NCBI GenBank assembly: GCA_048013815.1
Contig: CM106586.1
Location: 13,888,001-13,952,000 of the forward strand
Length of the DNA stretch: 64,000 nt
Reading direction: 5' to 3'
Source: Setoptus koraiensis
Taxonomy: Eukaryota > Animalia > Arthropoda
Below the pieces are notes generated by a model. It was not told the DNA's origin and did no database searches. It saw only the letters and a program-made list of their open reading frames with translations. Both the position numbers and the translations under genes were made by a program. Shown piece by piece: positions 56,384 to 64,000 of the stretch (positions within the stretch are counted from its first letter, which is position 1; each line of letters begins with the position of its first letter).

Positions 56384-56912
56384 CTACAAAATCCTGTTTC
56401 CTAGCTAATGGTGAATGATTGCCAAACGTTTTACATGGATGACTGGAACCATGATACAAATCAACATCTAACCAGAGTCCAAAGCATCCGTCACCGGCGC
56501 CGAATGCAAGACTGTCGCTATTGCCCTTAATATAATATTGATTGTCGCCTGTCCAGGGATACCGTTCAAATTTAGGTATGAACCTAAATAGATACGTTTC
56601 GCCCGTTCCATAGAAGCCGTCGCTTTGTTTGATGGAACATGAAGCAAAGGCGCCAAAGACGACATTTTCCGTATCCCTGATTATTAACAATGTTGGACTA
56701 TCATATTTAGCTAATGTTCTATAAAGAGTCTTTAAACTAAATCCCATTTGTGATGTACTAAATGCTAGCGTCCATGAGTAACCCTCTGCTCTAGCTGGTA
56801 AATATTTACATAATTCTCTGCGATGTGAATTCTCTAATATCTCCGATTTGCCAATTAGCTCTGGCAGTGGTACAGGTGACGAGTAGCCATCATACCAATC
56901 ATCATTATTCAT
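56352..56912 (-). CDS. OXR1/mtd-like: TLDc-domain protein (OXR1/NCOA7/mustard-like), TLDc-only, single exon
   Basis: PELIGKSEIL..HRRELCKYLPARAEGYSWTLAFSTSQMGFSL..YGTGETYL..WTGDNQYYIKG..GAGDGCFGLWLD..LECWCF. Confidence 0.93.
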   Translation of the reverse strand: MNNDDWYDGYSSPVPLPELIGKSEILENSHRRELCKYLPARAEGYSWTLAFSTSQMGFSLKTLYRTLAKYDSPTLLIIRDTENVVFGAFASCSIKQSDGFYGTGETYLFRFIPKFERYPWTGDNQYYIKGNSDSLAFGAGDGCFGLWLDVDLYHGSSHPCKTFGNHSPLARKQDFVVNTLECWCFL

Positions 56913-57799
56913 GATTAATCATGTATATGTGTATATTTGGTTTGTTGTAATTTACAATGGGTTGACAGACAGTGTTGTGTTGTAATAGTTGTCGTATTAA
57001 TTGAATTGATTGGACTGTTAACAGGCTGGCCTGATTTGTCGATGTGAACGATGTATGAAGATGGTGGTTGTGGTGGTTATTGATTATGCTGGTTGTTGTC
57101 GTTGTTGTTGTGGCTGTTACAGTACTTGATTTTCAATGCCACCAACACACACACACACAGATCCAAAGCGAGCTGTCAAGTGTAAGTGCTGTCAGTGCTG
57201 CAGAATCCACGCAATGTGACTAATAGGTTCAAGTCTGCTCACATTGCACTCTACCCCACACGATTGTACAATGTGTAATACAAGGATGGTAACATAAAGA
57301 TGGAGATATGAAGATGACAGATATAGATATATACGTTTATAAACAATTATAAACAACAAAAGACAAATATAAACGTCGATCGTGGAGGATATTGTATTCA
57401 GATTCTTTTACTTGTGCTCACACACACACACACACTCACGACACTGCTGCAATGTCCGCACTGCAGACAGTCTGCAGTTTGCAGCAAAAGATAAGCGCTC
57501 TCTGCAAGCGCCTCCACGCACACGTAGCTGCCTTTCCTGCCTGCTCGCCTGCCTGCCTGCCTTGTGAGCTGCTGCTGCTGTCTGCCGATTGCTAACTGCT
57601 AACTGCCAACTGCTAGCTGCAAGCTGAGGGCCACAGCTTATGCTGTAGATAGTGTTGTTGTTGTGGTTGATTTGACTATTGGCTAGCGGACTATACAAGA
57701 ACACACACACACACTGTATAAATATATATAAATATATCCAGACAGCATTGAGGCGTGTCACCCCCCGAACGCTCACTGTGTGGCCGCTGGCGAGTCTGC

Positions 57800-57809
57800 A
57801 GGGGGCGCT
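57800..57809 (+). promoter_or_regulatory. CTCF-like motif TCTGCAGGGGGCGCTG upstream of the TLDc gene
   Basis: Best match in the window to CCAGCAGGGGGCGC (2 mismatches in 14). Confidence 0.35.
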
Positions 57810-58237
57810 GTTTGGTTGCAGCAAGCGGCGCTGTTTTGGTGTTTGGCTGGCCAGTTGCACTGCCAACTGCAAGTGCCATTGGCCCGTGTCTCACGAGTTG
57901 CCAGTGGCGAGGAGCGCCTCTAGTGCAGCTTGCGCGCACCGCCGTTGACGCAACGAAGCCGAGCCAGCCACTAGTATGTGTGTGTTGTTGTGCAGTATGG
58001 TAGTGCTAGAGTACACGACAGCCAATTACGTAACGTTGTGCTGCTGTGTGTCTGTTGTTTGCTATGCGGATGCGCCACGAACGATGCGCATCAAAGCGCG
58101 TCTAACTGTGTCGCTCTATTCAACGCGGTCTCGCCATTGGGCAGAGTCTCTGCAGAGAGCGAGCGAGCCAAATTGTAAGCGAATGTCAACTGTGTCCTGT
58201 TATGTGAGAGCAAGACGACGTTTGTTGTCGACTGGAT

Positions 58238-58245
58238 GCTGCTGC

Positions 58246-58281
<36 letters not shown>

Positions 58282-58293
58282 CGTTGTTGTTGC
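58238..58293. repeat. (CTG)n-(TTG)n microsatellite
   Basis: Direct reading. Confidence 0.93.
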
Positions 58294-58846
58294 CATTGAA
58301 AACACGCCACCACGCACAGTGGCGCTGGCGGCGGCGCAAATCGAAACGAAGTGGCAAAGTTGATCATCATCGATGGCTCGCGCTCTTGTATCCGCTCGGT
58401 TCTACTTCAATTGGCAGCCCACTTTTGCCTCTGTCCGACTGGCTGCTTGTTTGTTTGCCCGCTCGCTTGTTTTGCACTCTCTGTCCACTCTTTTTCACTC
58501 TCTTTCACTGTCCGACGCTCCGGCGGCCCGACGCTCCGGCGGCCCGATTGTGTCGACGCTGGCGCCGGGCTGCAAGCGACCGAAACAGCAACGTCAATTG
58601 TTTGTGCCCATTTAAACTGCTCGTTAGCTGGCTGGCAGCGCTGTCGTCGAGCTCGAGCTCGATGCCGATATGTGCTGCTTGTGCCGACACAACAACAAAA
58701 TGCCCCAGCCGAGACTATCGTTCGGCATGCCAATCGTCTAAATCATCATTGACTCTCCTGTGTCAAGTTGACATTGTCACAGGCCACCAACAATTGTGGC
58801 CAACAGACACAACAACAACATGACATGACGCACCTACACCTGTCAT

Positions 58847-58904
58847 CATTGGCGGCATTGGCGGCATTGGCAGCATTGGCAGCATTGGCAGCATTGGCAG
58901 CATG
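58847..58904. repeat. 9-bp tandem repeat CATTGGC[GA]G x6
   Basis: Direct reading. Confidence 0.9.
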
Positions 58905-61049
58905 GCGCCAATGCAAGTTGACACAAGTGGTGCGATACTGTTGTGCGCTGTCACCCTGCCTCACTCAAAAATGCCCCAAATACCCTGGTCTGATCTGCGG
59001 GCTGCAGCCTCACAACTGTTGTCAGTTCCCAACTGTACAACTGAGAAAATTGAGAAAATTCCACGGTCCCCGAGTACCCGAGCTGCTGCACATTGGGTAT
59101 TTTGCAATATTGGGAATCAAACTTTAATCAAACTTCAATCAAACTGGCACTCAATTGGCCGTACCGGCCTATCACACAATCTGGCGAGCTCAAAATGTAA
59201 ACACGGTATCGCCTCACAGCAACCCGCATGGTGAATAGTGGGAATATGTCCGAGCAAGCGTGACCAAAGGGGCAAGGTTCGCGGTTTACCAAATAAACGC
59301 ACACCACACATCCAAGTTACATGATCTAACTACTTGTAAACAGATGAGAAGCAGCGGATAAGGAGGCGCAATAAAGCGTTAACTTTATCACGTAAGCACG
59401 TGTTTATGATGTAATCACTAGCGTTGATTGGACCACCAATCAATGCTCATCACTGGCTAGCACATGTCATAACGAAGGCTAACTAAGGCCTTCCCGAAAT
59501 ACATGTGCACCTCGCCAATCCCTATCTCTGGTGGTGAGTTGACGCACTAGTGTTAGTCTGTTTTAATGGTGACTTATTCCATCACTGTTACCGACAATCG
59601 CTGGCACTATAACACCCAATGCTGCAACACGGATTTAGAGTTGCTATTTTGAACGTGATATGGTCAGAGGGATTTCGTTTGCTCTCTGAACAAGCTCCAG
59701 TTGCAAATTCTATCGACCAAAGAATCTGTGCAACATATCTGCTGACAGCGGAACAGGCCATTCGAAGAAAACTAGATGATGCAATTTGCACGAAATACAC
59801 AAAAGCGATGTGTATGAAATACACAAAAGTTCAATGGGCCCTTTTTGGGTGATTCTTCTTCGAGTGGACAGTCACAGCCTTCGGCCGGCGCTGCAAACCA
59901 GCCTGGAGTAGCCCCGATGGACGAGAGTATCGATTGTCATGATCGCCACTGTAGTCATTGTGCTGATGTCACTAACTACGAGATACCGCTTGACTCAAGC
60001 GGCTTGAGTGGCTCAAATGGTGTAGGCTGCATTGGTCGACTCTACAGTGTAGAGTCTACACTGTAGAGGCGCTCATCAAAAACAAAATCTCACTCCTGAA
60101 TGGATTAAATGGGCCAAAGAATTTTTCGCTTGCCTCGGGGGGCATCGCCGAACGGAGACAGAACGCACCATTGTGCACACAGCGCTTGTATGGGCCTCAT
60201 TACTGGCCTAAAAATGAAATGGCAAATGGTTGACGTTTTGTTTTGGGCCAAAAAAGTCAGCCAATTTTTTGTCTAAGGCAAGCGCCCTCTCTGATCTACT
60301 TATGGCGACGTTTTGACAAGCGGCAAGGATTGGCCCGAGTGAGACAGTTGTTTTTTGAGTATATTCGCACTCAAGTGGCCAATTCAGTTGAAAGAAGAAT
60401 CATCATTGAGCCAGCCACAAGCCTGGCCGCTTAGCTTGCCTTTATCATGAATTTCGTAACTGTCCACGGTGTCATTTGAACTGTTAGCATTCGGCGAACA
60501 AACGCTGACGCTGTTGCCGTTCACCCACTTCCGGGTGTGTGATTGACAAGCCGGCCGTATCGTATTGATACGGTATTAATCCATCAGTCGCCACCAATCG
60601 CTGGCTCCTGTAACCCGATCGAATCGACTCGATCAGCGATGCTCATTATAAATCGCTCATTTCACAATGTGCCCACGGCGACACACTGACCCCGAATTGC
60701 ATTTGAACAGCTCGAACGGATCGCCCCCTAAGACATGGCGGCCTCTCTTGTCCGTTGTGCAGCCAAACAGGACGCGCGATTTGTTTGCAGCCCAAACCCA
60801 GAACAACGAGACACAAAAGCTACAGATTAAATCAGATGGGGCTCGCAAAGAAAACCAACAGATTAGGGCTGTTTCTCGTGAATTTGTGGCCACGTTTATC
60901 ACACTATGACATGTTGTTGTTGTTGTTGTTTTGTGTTTTACACTGACAATTCTTATCTATTTTTATCTGCCATTTCATCTGGCCACTCCGATGCTTGATT
61001 GATATAAACAAAGCGCGACATAAACAAAACAAAATGAAAAACAATTTTT

Positions 61050-63441
61050 TCACCTGGTGCAACGGTGCAACTGAACGCCCGCTCTGTCGTTGTCCAGGCT
61101 AGACCAGCGACACAATTTTGCCGAGCCTATAGCGCGGATTCTGGCGTCGATATTGCTCATATAAGTGACCTCGACCAGGTCCACCAGTCTCGGTCTCAGC
61201 TGCTTTTCGCCGCTTAAAATCACTGAATCAATGGGGCCCAAGAAGGACTCTGTTGTCAGCAACAGTGTGTACGACAACGACGACGAGTACCTGTTCAGTG
61301 TCAACGGTTGGCCCGTTGGATCGCTCAATTTTGTCACATTGGCCATGTGACCCATGATGCTAATAGAGTTGATAGATATTGTTTCGCGCCTAAATCTCCA
61401 CCACAGATATCTGACCAGTATGTGATAATGATGCAAACAAAAGTTTGCCCTTGGTTTTGTGTCGAAATAGTAGCGGCTCTGCAACTTTCTCGGTCCGTTT
61501 TCCCCTTCATCGTCGCCAAATCTGTCCCTCTGGTGGAGCCTTCGACGATTCTCCAGCTCCCACACGACAGCGTCCGCCGGGCCGCCGCCGTAACTGTGTG
61601 TGTCCATCATGCGCCGCATCTGGTTGGCGGCGGGCAGGTGCGGCGGGCCGCTCGGGCCGGACTCAGGGCTCACGGGCGCTGGCAAAATCTGAGCTGGCGG
61701 GCCGTTGCTGGCGGCCGCCTCAGCTCCGACGAGGCTCACGTTTGCGGTCGGCGGCGCGCTCTTCGGGCCGGCCCGAAGCTGGCGCGCTTCGGGCATAAAG
61801 AAGGTGCGACAATCGTCCTTTTGTTTGCACTGGAAACACTGGCCCCGCTTGAAGTTGACATAATTATCACATTTGTAGCCCACCATTTGGCACACGTTGT
61901 CGCGATCGAGCTTGTTCTCGCCGGGCACCCATTGGTAGTCCATTGATTCCACCATGAGATCGACGGCTCGGTGGTGCGAGCACGCCGACGCTCGAAACAG
62001 ATTCTTGATGGGCCTGATGAACAATTTCGAGGTGGCCTTCTTGATCTTCATCAGCTTCCGGAATGTGGAATCGGCCGCTTGCGAGCCCGTTCGCTCGCCG
62101 GGACCCGGCGCGTCGGGCGCCAGCATTCGCCTGCCCGTCGACAGGCTGGCGAGGGGCGCCGGTGCGCCCAAAAAGTACCTGTCGTCGGCAGCAAAAACGT
62201 TGCGCCAGGCCGACCCGGGTTCCAGGTTTCTCCAGGCGGCCGGCCCGTTGAGCCATAGCATCGCCGTTTCGGCGCTGCCGTCCGACGCTCTGGCGTCGCC
62301 GCTCACGGGGGCCTGCACGAGTTCCTCGAAGTGGCGCTTTATGGCCGCGGCCTGAAACAGGTCGCTGGCGCCGCTCGACAGCGGCGGCGCGGGCTCACAG
62401 CCGGGCTGTTTGCCGCGCCCGTTCGGGTAAAAATCATAGTCGCCCAGCGGCTCACTGTAGCCCATGAGACCGGAATTCGTGTGCATCACCTCCACCAATT
62501 TGGCGCTGTCGGGCCTCAAATGGGTCCAGATGCGTGTGTTTAGGGCGCCGCCGCTGTTGGCGTCGAGCATTATCTCCAATTCGATGGCCTCGTCGGCTTG
62601 TTGCAGGCTGCCGTCCTCGGCAAACACTTGCTGCGCGTTTTTGCCCTTGGATGCATCGGCGGAGTCAACGAAAAAGTTGTTGTTGTCTTTGTTGTCGTCG
62701 TTGTCGTCGCGATTCGTGACCGTGGCGCCCGTGCTGCGCGGCCCGAAGCACGGCAACGCCGGATCGCAAGCCGTGATGCGGCCGATCATCTGAAAGGGGC
62801 GCGGCGCTGCTGCCAGCGACGACGCGGCCAACGCGAGCGGATCGTCCGCGCTGCCCGGCCGGGCGCTCCTGGCGGATATTTGCTGTTGCAGTCGTAGGTG
62901 GTGCTGTTGCTCATGGTAATCGTTTGCGAACTCGCTACCAACAAATCCCATTATGTGCGCCCCCAGCGAATGGCCTATCAAATGGATCTGCTCAAAGTCA
63001 ATGTCGTCGCGCAATTTCTTCAACAGTCTGGCTATCATTCGTGACACAATTAACGCATTAGCGGCAGCGCGCGGATAATAGGCCAGCACGGGCGACGCGC
63101 CCTTGCGCCAATCGGTCAGTATGACGTTGCAATCTTCGTGCCGCAAGAACTTGTCCTTGGCCTCTTGCATCCATTCCGATTGGTCGAGGTCCGTGTGAAA
63201 GCCGTGCGTTATCCATTTCAGCGACTTGTTCCTCTTGAACGGACTGTGCAGCAGTATCTCGAACCGGCCCGCGCCAGTGCCATTTATTACGTAGGGCACC
63301 ATCGGATTTGAGCGGGTAAACAGGTGAAAGGTTATATTTAATTGGTCCGGCGTAGCGCTGGAGGTGGGCACCACGCAGCTCTTGCTGAGCCGCTCCAACG
63401 TTACGTCGTTGTCCTCCAATCTGAAATCGTCTTTGTTGTCG

Positions 63442-63497
<56 letters not shown>

Positions 63498-63839
63498 GCT
63501 GTTGCTGTTGATGAGGTCGGTAAAGCTATTGTCGCCTGTATTTGAACGCTGCAGTTGATGCGGATCAATCACAATTAATTGTGGCTCGGCTACGTTTGCC
63601 GTCACGGGCAAGTCGACGACGGGCTGCCGCTGCTGTTGCTGTAACTGTAACTGCGGCCGTCCCCCGTCGACGGGCGACGACGACGACGTTCTCGCGATTG
63701 TTTGCCGGAAGGGGTCAGCCGGTCGCTGACAAATGACTGTGTTGTTGTTGTTGTTGGCATTGATTAAAACTAATACTATTATCACAATTGTAAAACTCAA
63801 CTCAATCACAGCATCACCGTGGCCTCTGTTTAAAATCAT
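61050..63839 (-). CDS. Pancreatic-lipase-family (alpha/beta hydrolase) lipase/phospholipase A1 with large loop insertions and a PLAT-like C-terminus, single exon, 929 aa
   Basis: FHLFTRSNP, ITHGF, NVILTDW, catalytic GHSLG (Ser), RITACDPA (Asp), VEVMHTN, DFYPNG..QPGC, CSHHRA (His) and GYKCDNY..F..GQC. N-terminal hydrophobic segment present. Confidence 0.93.
63425..63510 (-). repeat. (AAC)n coding run giving a poly-Asn tract in the lipase N-terminus
   Basis: Direct reading. Confidence 0.93.
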
Positions 63840-64000
63840 TTTTTCGCTCTTGTTGCCGATGTGCCACTGACAACAGTTTGTGAGTGTCTACCCGAGCGGC
63901 CGCACTCACAAAAAAAAATTGTCAATACAAGGTTTGGGCTGGCCGGTGTAGCAGGTTTGAGGTCAATAGATGTCAATGCGTTGAAAATATTCAAGAATTC

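Noticed and set aside
57380-60950. Many short ORFs with poly-L/C/N runs
   Set aside because: They are microsatellite-derived. I found no exon pattern linking them to the TLDc or lipase genes.
62790-62945. Lipase insertions as unspliced or exonised introns
   Set aside because: The candidate GT and CAG sites are phase-incompatible or would delete conserved residues.
1-64000. Bacterial or horizontally transferred segment
   Set aside because: All recognisable genes are animal-type, several have spliceosomal introns, and there are no operon or Shine-Dalgarno patterns. The GTG/TTG starts in the ORF track were therefore ignored.

Overview
This window is eukaryotic animal genomic DNA with GT-AG introns. 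The gene content points to an arthropod, probably an acariform mite. Intronless versions of normally multi-exon genes, ~90-140 nt introns and Asn/Gln-run proteins suggest an eriophyoid-like compact genome (inference only). No rRNA, tRNA or CRISPR array was seen. Two sequence regimes alternate: AT-rich gene-dense blocks (~1-31.5 kb and ~46-57 kb) and GC-richer, microsatellite-laden blocks (~31.7-45.9 kb and ~57-64 kb). Recognisable genes: TMEM222, a catalytically degenerate ENOPH1-like HAD protein, canopy (CNPY3/4-like), an SLC49/FLVCR-like MFS transporter, DNAJA, a PRA1-family protein, DCTN4, an 11-finger C2H2 protein, a 4-exon astakine/prokineticin-fold peptide gene absent from the ORF track, an UNC5-like Ig-TSP1-TSP1-TM receptor split by a ~9 kb intron, an F-box-like protein, LAP3, GTF3C5, COX7C, a BTB-only protein, a TLDc-only OXR1/mtd-like protein and a 929-aa pancreatic-lipase-family enzyme. 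Main candidates for novelty: (i) a dispersed family of intronless, secreted 6-Cys proteins (two intact copies plus one deleted relic) duplicated together with promoter and 3' flank, which are effector candidates; (ii) a tripartite SPxK/R-repeat protamine/H1-like protein in a cluster of orphan genes; (iii) the UNC5-like receptor, whose tail lacks ZU5/UPA/death domains and carries SH2-type tyrosine motifs; (iv) a lipase with a 138-residue lid. All homology calls come from motif recognition by eye, and no searches were run.
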